Assembly: GCA_051362555.1 (NCBI GenBank)
Contig: CM120641.1
Coordinates: forward strand, 8,928,001-8,992,000
Length of the DNA stretch: 64,000 bases
Source: Lingula anatina
Lineage: Eukaryota; Animalia; Brachiopoda
Reading direction: 5' to 3'
A model generated the notes under the pieces. It was given only the letters and a program-made list of their open reading frames with translations, ran no database searches and was not told where the DNA came from. The position numbers and the translations under genes were made by a program. Shown here piece by piece: positions 12,621 through 25,452 of this stretch; positions within the stretch are counted from its first letter, which is position 1; every line of letters begins with the position of its first letter.

Positions 12621-12905
12621 ATGTTTCTTCAAAAAATGAGCCCGATACTTCTGAAAACTTCCCCGGTCAGTTGGAATTTCGGAAAAAGGTGTCTTCAAAG
12701 TTCTACGACTCTGTCACCGGCTTACGTAGCCAGCGCACAGGCCGCGAACCGGCGGGCAAGAGTGGCCCTGGCTGCTGCATACCGTGGCCTTGACAAGCTA
12801 GGTTTGAACGAAGGGGTTTGTAATCACCTAACCTTGAGGGCGCCCGCCGCCAATGGAGAGGGCGAAGTACTGTTGCTTATTCCATATGGACTTCACTGGT
12901 CTGAG
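12621..12905 (+). CDS. Class II aldolase/adducin N-terminal domain protein, copy B, exon 1 (putative mitochondrial presequence)
   Basis: ACCATG start; MFLQKMSPILLKTSP...AQAANRRARVALAAAYRG...EGVCNHL...LHWSE|GT; upstream acceptor tttctag at 12585. Confidence 0.88.
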
Positions 12906-13287
12906 GTATTGTATTATATTCTCGAGGCTGTAAAGATCTGTATTTTTACCCTTTCTCTTTCCTAAGTCCTGCACAGTTTTCAGCTTTAGCTTACATTACA
13001 AGGTAGCAGTATTGAGTAAGAGGACTTGTCTAAGCACCTACTTAATTACGCAGGGTAATACGGCTTTCATTAGGTAAGAGTAATCCATGCTTAGACCTTC
13101 ACAAGTAATAAATATCTAAAACATTTCTAAAACATTTCCCCTTTAGCGGGTATATTTCTTTCCAGTGAATTTAAACTTTCTTGGCTGAGGTTTCCATTGG
13201 ACTACAATCTAAGAACTGAATAGGTGTTGATCACCGAGCTTTGTACTAAAATTGGCTTATGAAGGTCTAGGTGCTTAATTCTTTATC

Positions 13288-13288
13288 T

Positions 13289-13319
<31 letters not shown>

Positions 13320-13440
13320 TAATAATAAACTTTATTTAAAGAGGGTAAAACATGTTAAATGCACACACTTATCTTACACATGGCCCTCTATTCTTATAAA
13401 AGACAACAACAAATGGAAACCCAGGACATATGAATGCTTC
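13288..13440 (-). mobile_element. 3' tail of a 5'-truncated CR1/L2-type LINE
   Basis: Minus strand AGAGGGCCATG...TTTACCCTCTTTAAATAAAG followed by a (TTA)n tail: stem-loop, AATAAA and microsatellite tail typical of CR1/L2 ends. Confidence 0.55.
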
Positions 13441-14686
13441 AGTCCTGATTAAAGCAAGTATACGTAACTAATGTATCTAACAATTCTACAGTTAGTGTTA
13501 TGGAGGGGTAGCAGAAAGTTGGCCAAATTGTTCAGTATTTTCATATGTAAGGCGTTAAGAAGGCGTACGAGTTTGAACGTGCTTGAGTGATTAAAAGAAA
13601 AGGGTTCAATATGTTACCTATTAAGAGCACTGTAGAACAGGCGCTGAAAAATGAAATGGTCTCCTACCTTGCCTATTGCCCTTCTTTATTCTTTTATTTG
13701 AATTTGGAGCGGTTTTGACAAATAAGGTTGAACTGCATAATAAGAAAGTCAAAATATTTGAATAGCATACATTTACTAGAGAGTTCACTGCGACCCAAGT
13801 CGTCCTGTATAAATATTGATGTACAGTATGACGATGATCAGGGAAAAAACATCGAAGTCTATGTTGTCTTGAAACACCCAGTGGTAACCAAGTCCAATAC
13901 GGTGTAGTTAAACTTTTACAAGTTAAACCCAGTTCAGTTTTGGCCAGTCTTCTGTGTGGAAAGTTACGCAATATACAACTTTCTCAGTTTGCAAAAAGTT
14001 TGCCCCAGTATTTCATGACCCTAAACGCCACGTGATTTATCACAGATTAGTCATTTTATCAAGCTGAAATGGTGAAAGTTATGTAAACATGTTTTAAAGG
14101 AGAAATATTGGGAACACTACATGTATGGGGCCTTATCTAAATACAACATTGGTCAAAAAGGTTGTCCCACCTCCAGTATCACTTGCTTTTATTTATAAAT
14201 GATCACATCACAGGTGAAATTGTTATAAATAGCGATTTTCATTCCAGACACCACAACTAACATGATTAGTGGTACAGAAAATACAAACTAGCACGAAGAT
14301 TTCAATATTTGATACCATTTATTCACATTTATTATATGTACCCCCTCAAATCTGACGTTTCACTGTGATTTTCTCAGAGGTAAAGAAATGTCCATAAAAT
14401 TGAAAATACAACGACCAAATGTCACCAAATTTGCACACATTTAGCATTAGGATGTGTTCGTTAAAGGTCACGTGTCTAATAGCGTTTGTGTCTACCGCGT
14501 ACTGTAATTATCTCCTGTAGGCGGTGCGGCCTGCCTTCAACACGGGTACGTCACCATTCTGTTTTTGGGGATATTGTCACATTCTTCCTAAAGAGCTTGG
14601 AACGCCATACAGAGCAAGTACATCTACTGTACATCTACCTGGAGCCACTACTGAAAATACACTCTTCGCTGCACACTATATACAAC

Positions 14687-14847
14687 GGGGGCGGCTCGAT
14701 AGTCCGAAGGTTCATTGGTCCGAAAAATGGTAACATTTTCACCGTTTTTTTTTTAATCAAGGGTTCATTGGTCCGAAGGTTCTATAGCGAACTTTCGGAC
14801 CAATGGACCTTCGGACTGTTGAAGCTTCGGACTATTGCTACGGCCCC
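14687..14847. mobile_element. 161-bp MITE with 8-bp TSD
   Basis: TIR GGGG-CG...ATAGTCCGAAG, internal GGTCCGAA/TTCGGAC repeats; TSD TATACAAC / TATACAAT. Confidence 0.75.
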
Positions 14848-15409
14848 TATACAATTATAGCTGACTGCTAACGGTAACTGGCCCTCAGCTAACACTGCTA
14901 TTACTGGCTCTCAAGTACGCTTACTCTACATACACTGTTTTGTTGTGTTCTGTGAACCTGCCTCCCATTTATACATCCTCAAAAGTGGACAACCAATACC
15001 TAATCGCCCTTTAATAATAGGCAGGGAAAGTGGACGACCTTGAATGGGTCACTGCAAACCCATCTGTTACGTGAAATGTATAGCCCTACAGGCCATTCCA
15101 ATTGAAAGTCAAGAGTTCAGCTGCTAATAATACACCAGATGGATACAAACAATAGGCTTGTAATTTTAACCAGGAATTTAAAACTGTAAAATCGTTACAG
15201 CAAGCATACAAGGTATATCAGTTACAAAAAATTCTCGTATCTCACACTTAATTATATGATACACTATTTTCCATATTATTAAAAATAATTAAGGAAACAG
15301 TTTTTTATACCATGTTTGACAATTCTTTTTAGATCAATTAAAGTAATTATGTTTCGATAAAATGTTATCTCTTGAAATCTTTGAAAAATTCACGTTCTTC
15401 AATTGGTAG

Positions 15410-15575
15410 GTGACAGCTTCTTCACTGCTGGGTCTAAACGAGAAGAATAAAGTGGTTGAAGGGGATGGACCAGCCGAGATATCCGCGGCTTCCATACACC
15501 GAGGCATTCACAACGCTAGAAGTAAAGACATCTCATGTGTGATGCACACTCATATGCCTTACGCCACAGCGCTGG
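15410..15575 (+). CDS. Class II aldolase copy B, exon 2
   Basis: tag|GTGACA; same 166-nt length and phase as copy A; HTH motif; G|GTAAG donor. Confidence 0.92.
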
Positions 15576-15691
15576 GTAAGTTCATTGAAATAAGAAATAA
15601 GATGCATCCGTCCTGCTGTATTCAGACACGTTACATCTTGTTGTGGCTGGTATGAAAATGTCATTTGTGCTTTCAGGCACGTGACATATCT

Positions 15692-15947
15692 GTGACGACC
15701 CGATATGTCCGACAGGCCAGATATGTCCTACGACCAGAGAAGGCCAGATATGTTGTCGGACATATCTGGCCTGTCGTACACATCTGGCTCTTTTTTGTCG
15801 GACATATCTGGCCTGTCGGACACATCTGGCTCTTTTTTGTTGGACATATCTGGCCTGTCGGACACATCTGGCTCTTTTTTGTCGGACAGAGCCGGCATTC
15901 TCTGGTCGTAGGACATATCTGGTCTGTCGGACATATCGGGTCGTCTC
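15692..15947. mobile_element. Foldback MITE with internal 42-bp tandem units
   Basis: About 50-bp TIRs G(T/A)GACGACCCGATATGTCCGACAG...; internal GGACATATCTGGCCTGTC/GGACACATCTGGCTCTTTTTTGTC array; degenerate 8-bp TSD ACATATCT/ACACATCG. Confidence 0.8.
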
Positions 15948-16557
15948 ACACATCGAATGCACTGAACAAGAGACTTTGGTAACATCGCATGCAATAACAG
16001 GTTATCAGATTTACTTATGTACATATAGGTCATAAAGATGGTGCAACGATAGTGAAATGATATATACATACTATCGCCTTATGCTGTACTGAAGAGTATG
16101 AATTCCAGCTCGAAAAGAACTTACCTGAAGTTGATGAGTGGATGGATATTGATACCTTTCACGCATTTCACAAATGTTTTCTGCCACGAGCAGTGTTCCC
16201 AACAGTGTTTGACATTTTGTGCACATCTTTGACATAAAACTGTAGCTAGTCCATACGTAAAAGCATCCATGAAACAAACATTTTTGTAATGTATAGATAT
16301 TCAAAACACATTCTTAACTTTCGTTCCTTGGTTTAGATCTAAAGCAGTTTTTACAGCTAATCGATTTACATATTTGAAAGCAAAATTCATGAACCGTTTT
16401 CCATCTAAAAGGCCAAAATACATGCATTGTTTTCGAATTGTATCTTACACATGCAATTAGCACTGCAGGAACACTATAGGAACACCCATTATCTGTAACC
16501 ATTATCTTTTACCCCTAGTCGCCAACTATAGTAATTGTATTTCCTGTGTCATTTCAG

Positions 16558-16802
16558 CGGTTTTACAGGACCCCACTCTTCGCATGTGTCACCAGAATTG
16601 TCTCCGATTCTACGATAATATTGCTTATGACACGGACTACCAAGGTCTTGCTGAGGATGTCTGCGAGGGAGACCGCATGGCAAGGGCACTGGGCAAAAAC
16701 GACGCCATGATCATGAGGAGTCACGGGGTCATGGTTGTAGGTCCAACTGTCGCGAGAGCCTTTGACACAATGTACTACTTGGAGAGGGCCTGTCAAATAC
16801 AG
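16558..16802 (+). CDS. Class II aldolase copy B, exon 3
   Basis: tttcag|CG; MCHQNCLRFY...MRSHGVMVVG...LERACQIQ|GT; 245 nt as in copy A. Confidence 0.92.
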
Positions 16803-17339
16803 GTAACTCCTACCACCCGCCGTGGTTTACTTAACAGGGTTTACTTGGAAGGGTTTAAAAGAGGATCTCGAACTTTTGCCTGTTTTGTTTCGATTTACAC
16901 ATAGAAAGTTTCAGAATCTGCTGAAAAATCTACTTTGATGCATTCTAAGCATGTGTGCCCCATGTCCCGGAGACATTTGCTAGATCAAGGACCGGCGGGG
17001 GAAAGATACCGTCAGTAAACTTTGAAACTCGGGATGTCTTATCTCTTTGCCTCCCTTTCACTCAATATCACAAAACGATTCCTTTTTCGCTATAATTTTG
17101 CAATCAAATCACCATTTCCCCTTTATTGAAAGCCTTCATTTCATGTTTTCCAAGTTTCCGAAGATCCGTTTTAACTTGACGTCCTAATAAAGACCACATT
17201 ATATTTACGTAATCGTCTGCTGCTCTATTTTATCATAATATATTTATTTCACTATGGCATTTATATAACGAGTAAGCGTAAATGCGCCCACTGTCACTTC
17301 CAAAAAGTAATACAGTATTGATCTGTTTTTAATTTTCAG

Positions 17340-17501
17340 GTTATGGCAATGTGGACGGGCAAGCCACTGGTTGAAATAGAAAAAGAAATGTGCAAGAAAT
17401 CGAAGGCAGTCATGGACCGTTTAAACGACGAGTATGCAAGGGCATTCTTTGACAGCCTCCTGCGACGATTGCGAAAGGAATGTCCAGATTTTGAAAACTA
17501 A
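17340..17501 (+). CDS. Class II aldolase copy B, exon 4 (spliced product about 285 aa)
   Basis: ttttcag|GTTATG; VMAMWTGKPLVEIEKEMCKK...CPDFEN*. Confidence 0.92.
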   Translation, partial: VMAMWTGKPLVEIEKEMCKKSKAVMDRLNDEYARAFFDSLLRRLRKECPDFEN

Positions 17502-20500
17502 ACCTGCTCCTTTTGCTTGTTAACTGAAGCTGTCGTGGCTTTGAAAAGCAATACACGCGCGTGGATATGGTGACAAATTTGAGTAAATCTATGTTATTTG
17601 CTACACAATTTGTAATAATCAGTCCCTTAGCTTCTGATTCCGATGCGGACTGTCTTGCAACTGACAACGTTGCTGTCTGCATCAAGGCAGACTGACATTT
17701 GATACATGATTTGCCATCTGCGATGAATCAGAAGTTTATTGTTATTGGTACTGCCTTGAACTTCTATAGCGATGACAGAACAGTACAGGCCATTGAAAAC
17801 AACATACGTATTCGACATAGCTTCAACTAATTAAGTGAAGCCTTGTCCGCAGTTTTAGAGAGCAAGTTACTTTTTTATGGCGATAAGGTAATACTGTTAG
17901 TTATGACAGTCGCTTGCTAGTACAACCATCGTCTCTCAGACATTCGTTTATTAATTATTCTCTAAGAAAAAGGAATAAAGAAAGCACTGCAAAACCATAC
18001 AGTTTAACAACAGTGCATATTTCTTACTATAACAAGGTATTGCGTTAGAGAAAAAACACGTGGTGGTGTAAAAATCAAGTATATAAGAAATGGTTTAAAT
18101 GGTCTTTTTGCACATGTTTCTTTGCGGCAAATTCTGTGATTTCAAATATTTTTCAGGTTTTATCTCCCGATGGGAAATATGGCAGAGCAACAGCGCGTTA
18201 AGTTCGTATTTACATTAACATATCAGTGAAGCCAACAGCATTGGTATTTCAGTAGAAATCAATCTATATTACCGTCAAACGAACCGTTCAGTGACATGTG
18301 AAATTACTTACAGTATTTTGAACATATTTGTATTGTGGGAAAAATGTGTTAATGCTCAGTCTCGAGTTAAGGGGAGGATGACAAATTTGTGGGGGTCGTT
18401 TGACCATTGTTTGAACTTATAGTACATTAGACAAGCGTTACATCGTGATGATTTTTTTTACAATATCTAGTAGTTCAGCGACATGCCTTGAGCAATGTAT
18501 ATACGCCAAGTGGAGGAGACCCAAGTGAAGGCAGAAGCCGATGGCTTCGCTACATCGCCTTTTACTCGGGATATTACTTGTATGACAAGCGTCTGTTGCT
18601 GTGAAGATAGTGTCACCGTCAGTTCTTAAACACTCGTTGGGTTAAAGGGATTTCTTCACACTGTATGCGTACATATTTCTGACAAGAAAACATCCTTCCG
18701 TCGGTCACCGTTATCAATACTGCAAAAACAACATTTGGGAAATTAAACAACAGCAAGATTATTCTGACGAATGATGTTTGAAAAACATACCATGTTTATT
18801 GATTAAACATGTATGTACAATCATAGTTCATTCCGTTTTTTTTTTTTCAGCTCTATCCAATTATTCCAACATACTTTACTGATGTCTCAAGGGCTTATTA
18901 ACCAGCATTCAAGCAAAGACAGTACTAATTCTACTCAATTTTGAATTTTTTTATGAAGTGAAAGTGCATTGGATGTACATTGTTATGTTAGCGTTAATAT
19001 CTGGGCCTAAGCTCAGCTAATAAATATTCATATAAAGATAATTAATGCAGTGTTTTTGAGATGTAAGTCAATGTGTGGGATAATTGTTGAGAAATGGGAA
19101 AAGATGATGGCCTGAAAGAAATACATAGGGGTTATGAGGGAGAACTGTGATCAGAGACGTTATGCTGAAGCTTGTGCGTGTCCTTAAAGTCACCTGTCTC
19201 AAATGGAATGAGGGATCTGTGACAATGCCACAGTTAATGTGTGACAACCTTTTTTATCATAAGTAAAAAAACAAACTTAAATGCCGTAACGTAAAATAAA
19301 AAAATGCACCCTCATAGCGTGTATACCGTAAATACGAAAATAATCGCTGTGTCTGTAAATGTCGTCAATATCATTAATCCTGTAAAATACTTTGAATGCT
19401 GCTGAATTCTACTGTTAACTGTGAAATAATGTCAACAATGATATGAATACTGAACACTTTGGATACGTAAAAACTGGAGTACGTGAATACATAAAAGTTT
19501 TTAGCCTTCCACAGGCTGACCAAATCGTGAACGCCACACACGCCCTAATGGTGGTCTCACATTAGCAAATGATTAGTTCTCTCATATGACCATAATAACA
19601 TGTACTCAGGCAGTAACACCAAAGCAATTAAAACACTACAGATACTACGATTAGCTGATCATTAACGTTTTTCACGTAATTAAAAAAATTCCACGCGGTC
19701 TATTCCTTGGTGTGCATAAATATGAATTCAAGCATTTTACACGATAATTTTTTGAGTTTACATCTATGATCAAGTTGAAAGTGCTGCTCGCTTGTTTTAT
19801 CAAACTACATGCGCATGGCGTGAATGGTCTCTATTCAAGCCTTTCAAAACTCGCAGGTAATAAATGATTGTATTGTTCCTCTCGGAAAATCCTGTGAATT
19901 GCTCAGTGAAAATCTTAAAATTTTCGAGTACATATCAAAGCAATCCCTTTAAAATCTGACCCCCTTGAGAGCCTTTTTGTTGCTTCGCCATTCCATCTTC
20001 GCTTTTAATATTGCTTACATGATTAATATCCCGCCGTTTGCTTTGAAGAAGTGACACTGATTGCAAGCGAATAATTGATTGGCGTTACTTGATGATAGGG
20101 CTAGTCATACCTCATTATCAAAAAAGGGGAAAAAAACAGATTTTGGTTTCCCACAGAAATTGGCACCCACAAGGGTTCATTTGATGAAATGGTGACATGA
20201 TTCATAACTTCGGAAAAGAAAATCGGAGAGCAAGTTTGTTGTAAACGTATTCACATGGGTTGAATGTAGAGAGAAAATGAGAACATTTCTGTAAGTCATT
20301 CTTGATACTGATTTGATTGTCATTTAGTGATTTAGTTTCATTCCCAATAGTTTTAAAAGAATTTAGTACAATAAAAAATAATGTATTTAACGATATTTAT
20401 AAGAGGCAAATTTTGCAGGGTTGGAATGAAAAAATTGATATATAGATGGGGATAAACAAGTGAGGGACCGTAAAACAAGAGATGGTTAAAGCCTCTTACA

Positions 20501-21250
20501 AAAATAAAAAAAAGATCACTTAAATATCCTTGTGGTTATGTTGCATGATCTTAAATCTTATTTTTTACTTTTATTACCACTTTTATCCATGTTCAGGATA
20601 TAGGATGGCAAATGTGCCTCGCAATCCAACATTTAGATAAAGTTAATTTGACATGCTCGCCTTCATGGTTTGTATGTGTTATGTGTTCCTGTAAATATAA
20701 TTATAGTTCAAAATATCGATATGAGGTCTCTGTACACATGTAACCTTATACTGAAAAAATGAATTAATTATTTGCCTCATGTGGAGTGACTGTTTCTGCT
20801 CACCGTAATTCTCCACAAACCATTGCCCATTTCCAATGCTTGGAATTCTGTATGTTTATCGTGGCGTTTCTGCAGTCATAAGGTTAACTACAGCAGACAA
20901 GTGTTGCGACCAGACAGACAGCAAGAATGTCTGAATAGTGTCCATTCGAATGTTCAGATAAAACTCCGATGTGATCAATTGATGCAGCAATATTGAATGA
21001 CATCGCAAACGGAAATGCCGCAAAACAGTCGCAGATTTTTTTCTTTAGCTTTTAATCAAATCTATTGTGTGTGTTTCTTTTTTGCTCAAATTTCGGATGT
21101 TATGAATGAGCTTTTGACAAAACTTTGTTGAAAATTGTCTGAAGATTTCACATACACTGCAGGTATTATAAAATGTGTTATTTGCTTCTTCGTTAAAGGA
21201 ACCAAGATTCTTTTATTGAAAACTTTAATAATCTTACATATTATGAAATG

Positions 21251-21652
21251 GTGGTGTGGTGTTAGTGCACAGGGTTTCATGGTGCTGTAGTCTAACTGTA
21301 GAGTAGTTATCTGCTGCAGCCGCTGGCTAACCATTTTGGTGAAAAGGAGGCCAAGAACAATCTAAGGTATGCAGATGATACAGTGCTCATTGCAGACTCT
21401 GAGAAACAACTCCAAAGGATCCTCAATACACTATCAATGGAAAGCGAAAAATGGGAACTGGAACTGAATACAAAAAAATAATAATAATAAAAAACTGAAT
21501 GCATGGAAAATCGAAGGAAGACAAAGTAGAGGTAGACAAAGAACATCGTACACTGATAGCCTTAATGCCTTCGCAACAAATCAACAACTGTACAATTACG
21601 AGCTAATGATTGTCGATGCCTGCACCAGGCCTGGCGCATGATGATGATGATG
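21251..21652 (+). mobile_element. Internally deleted RTE-clade LINE derivative
   Basis: 11-bp TSD ATTATGAAATG; RT fragment NNLRYADDTVLIADSEKQLQ, C-terminal KIEGRQSRGRQR and a (TGA)n tail. Confidence 0.8.
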
Positions 21653-21768
21653 ATTATGAAATGTTCATCATAAACTTGCTTACGGTAGGTTTCTGAAACG
21701 GAGGAATAAAGTAATTGCGAAGAAGATTTTAACTATGTTTTGGCCTCATTCTTTTCCAGTTTTCTTTC

Positions 21769-21770
<2 letters not shown>

Positions 21771-21812
<42 letters not shown>
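21771..21812. repeat. (ATT)n microsatellite
   Basis: Direct reading. Confidence 0.95.
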
Positions 21813-21813
<1 letters not shown>

Positions 21814-22533
21814 CTGTATCTGTGAAGCCCCCACTGGGACAGAGAGACAGGACATGCTGAATTACTTTTATGCAGGGAAACGTACAGTAGCGGATTTTAT
21901 TGCCAACGGAATCATCTCAGCGCCACTCTTCACTTTGGCAGCTTGAAACATCGTGTTTTACATGTAAAAAAACATTTAGAAATGTTATTTTTGCTGAAAT
22001 AAACACAGCATGTGGATATTTCTGCCCTTGGGAAGCCACTAAAAATGCTTGCTTGGACCGCTTTGATTATGATCTTATTGATCAAGAAAACTTGTTAACA
22101 TGTAAATGTAATGGTTAATTTACGTAAGTTTACCTACTAGTATGTGGCGACCTTATGATTCTCTTCTCCTCAGAGATCAAATGTATGTATGTTATGAATA
22201 CAGAATGAATGTAACACGCACATGAGACAGAGATGGTCTTTGTAGCTAGTTGATATACAAAAGAATTAAGTCTTTGGGGGTATACAAATGAGCTACTGAA
22301 GGTCTTCCATTAATCAAAACTATCACTTGGAGCCATTGTTGAATGTCTTAAAAAATTGCCTTTAAAATCTTTATGTGACACGATGTTTCATTTTTCACTT
22401 ACAACTTCGTTAACGTCTTGGTCCATTAGGTAATGTATTGCAAGAGACGCACGTTATTTATCATAAAACCTAGAGCTGCTGCGTTCACGTTTACCATATC
22501 AGTTAAGCACTATAATCAGTACGATGGGAATGT

Positions 22534-22537
<4 letters not shown>

Positions 22538-22572
<35 letters not shown>
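22538..22572. repeat. (GT)n microsatellite
   Basis: Direct reading. Confidence 0.95.
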
Positions 22573-22573
<1 letters not shown>

Positions 22574-24729
22574 AGGGGGTACACGCAATAAATCTGTTTT
22601 ATTCATGATATCATGACCATTCAGATTCCCCATATTTTCCTATATAAATCATCAACATCAACATCCTCAACCATTGCTTGAAACCATGCGCTGTGCTGTT
22701 GAAGTGGAAGCTTTTCTTGCATGGAAATCCATTCAAGAGGAATGAATAAGGAGGCATACAGCACCTTGTTTTACATCTAAGAGGAGCCCCCAGGCGTTGG
22801 TCGTTTAATTGCAATATTCAAAGCTTCTTTGTTTTGCTTGAGAATCTATGTTTTTCTTTGATTATCTATGGGAATGCAAAAACAAATAAATGTCAGCTTC
22901 TTGAAATTGGTTAAAAACGATTTTATCTAAAAATGTGCTGTTGCAGCAAATGTAGTTTTCAATTTCAATTCGCGTGCACCACTCTACTGTCAACGGAGGA
23001 AGAACTTGGGCTGTATTGGATTTAAGTGATACTGCTAGTACGACAGACAACTAATTTGTTACCGAAGTAATGTCAGTCCTGAGATCTACTGCATAGTACC
23101 TATATACAGATGTATTGATTGTCTGGAAGCCCTGATAATTGATGTGTCAGTCTTACTTGTTTTAGGATAATGTACGTCAAAACAGAGAAGACCTGTTGCG
23201 GTTTTAAAGAAAACTAAAAGGTGAAGCACAGCTTTTTTCTTTTTTCTTAGTGTGTTTGTGTGTGTGTGGGGGGGGGGGGGATAAGGATAAAATTAGGAAA
23301 CAATGCTAATATGGCGAGGCATACTTTGCGGTGACAACTTCCATATCACTTTACCTACATGTACTTATTTACGACATAGTTTCCCGAACTTCGCTTTTTC
23401 TTACGTTGGTATTTCTTAGCTTCGTATGCCTAAAATATATCCATTTGTGGTTAACTTATTTTGTCATTCCCTTGTTATTTGGGTTTAAACTCATCTCCTT
23501 TTTTTACAGTATAAAATGGGACTGGTCTCATTACCGTTCCGTTGATTAATGTCTATGTGTTTCCGTGTAATCGATTTCACATATTACAGGCTTACGATTG
23601 AGTCAAGAAGATCAGTTGATCGTGTGCCCTTTTAAGATTTTGGGTTAACAGTGATGCGTTAAACTCCTAGCGGAATGAGATACGGCTAAAATTCATAATC
23701 TTAGATTATATTGGAATTGCATTCTAAGTCCGTGGAATCATTTTGGATGTTGGGTCTCATGACATACTGAATGCCACTTCTTGTAATCAAACACGTCTCA
23801 ATCAAATGACATGTACGGCTGCATGCTTCCGCAAACGTCACAGGATTATTTGACATTCGATTGGCTGTAAATGTAATTCTGCTGTTTAATCTGAACATCA
23901 GTTTTGACTTTTCTAAAGTCAACGCCCTTCAATGTCTCGCAGAGATTTGATTAAACGCGTCAACCAATAAACCCACAGCCGACGTGTCCCAAATCAGTTT
24001 TAATGCCCGAACCTCTTTACGTGTCTTGAATTGGTGAAAAGATGACCGTCTGTGATGTGAGCGCAGGTTGTTTCTAGAGAATTCAGATCATCGGTCGACA
24101 AAACACTTTTATTTAGGTATTGGAGCACTATACCTACTGATATTACCTCGAACCTTTTCGGAATTAAGGTATAGTTATTAACAGTGACAATGATATGCTT
24201 AACTGCAATATTCGACAACTGAGTAATTGTGTCCACAAACTACTCTTAAAAATTTGAAAATGTAGAAACAGATTCTCGGGGAATGTGTCTTTTTGCATAT
24301 TGTAGTTAACGAAAATAACATTTCAAAACATTTATTTTTATAAATTTTCATTTTTAGTTTGCTTTGTTTTTATTTTCCACCATTTTTCGGTTTTCTATTT
24401 GTGTGTCTTTTCTCAAATTGCTTGTGTTCCAGGAATCCAGGAATACTTCACATATAGAGGTCACAGAACTAACTTACGTGAACGACACCTTGGCGTTATA
24501 TTAAATGTGCTATTATGAATTGGAGAGAACTCTTGACATTGAGAAAGGCCACTTTCTTCGCTTTCCACAAATTTATGCCAAATTCTTTATCCAACAGGAG
24601 GGCAAATGATAAGATTGAAGCAAAATGATATCCTTTTTTAAAGTGATGTAAAGTAAAGTCAATACAAATGTGAAAAAAGCAATTTATCTCTCGTGCGATT
24701 GAATCAGATCAACTTCAGTGGCAGACAAG

Positions 24730-25452
24730 ATGGCCGTCCACATACATGGGTATTCACAGAACTTCTCGAGAAATGAAAGTGGATTTGCGTTCGTAGAAAA
24801 CCCTCGGCTCCAACCCGGAATACAAGCTCTTTTAATCATTCTTTATGGACTCATTACACTGTTTGGAGTTGGGGGTAACCTCACCGTTTGTTATATAGTT
24901 GTAAGTAACAAGAGAATGCGAACTGTAACAAATTATTTCATTGTAAACTTGGCAATCAGTGATATTATTATGGCATTGTTGTGTATACCAATGACGTTTG
25001 TCGCTAGCGTGCTCCTACAAAGCTGGCCGTTTGGGGATGACCTTTGCCGATTTGTAACCTACATCCAAACCGTGGCAGTATTCCTGAGTGCATTCACGTT
25101 GGTTGCCATAAGTCTAGACAGATATGTGGCCATTCTTTATCCACTTCGACCGAAACCAACCAAACGGGCAGCAATGTTTGCCATTGCAGTGGTATGGGCA
25201 CTGGCCTTCATCACCCCCTTGCCCACCGCGATTCTATCGAAAGTTGACGAGTATCTTAGTTGTCGGGAAATGTGGAAGACTGACCAACAGAGATTTCACT
25301 ATTCGGTTGCCATTATGGTCCTGCAGTACTTTCTCCCTTTGCTGGCTCTCGTGATCACATATGCTAGGATAGCCATTGCCATTTGGGTGAAAAGGCCACC
25401 GGGTGAAGCGGAGAACAAACGAGATCAAAGATTAGCTGCCTCAAAAAGAAAG
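24730..25452 (+). CDS. Rhodopsin-class neuropeptide GPCR, luqin/RYamide receptor-like (paralog 1), coding exon 1 (TM1-TM5)
   Basis: GN, MRTVTNYFIVNLAISD, WPFG, SLDRY, YFLPL, PPGEAENKRDQRLAASKRK|GT (phase 0). Confidence 0.9.

Noticed and set aside
14480-15070. Possible reversed LTR with a TGGTGAC PBS-like motif and TATA box
   Set aside because: Could not define TG..CA ends or a TSD
15582-16069. Several overlapping repetitive ORFs in multiple frames
   Set aside because: Artefacts of the foldback MITE repeats inside an intron
20200-20296. Candidate 5'-UTR exon and donor (TCT|GTAAGT) for GPCR paralog 1
   Set aside because: Plausible but cannot be supported without transcript data
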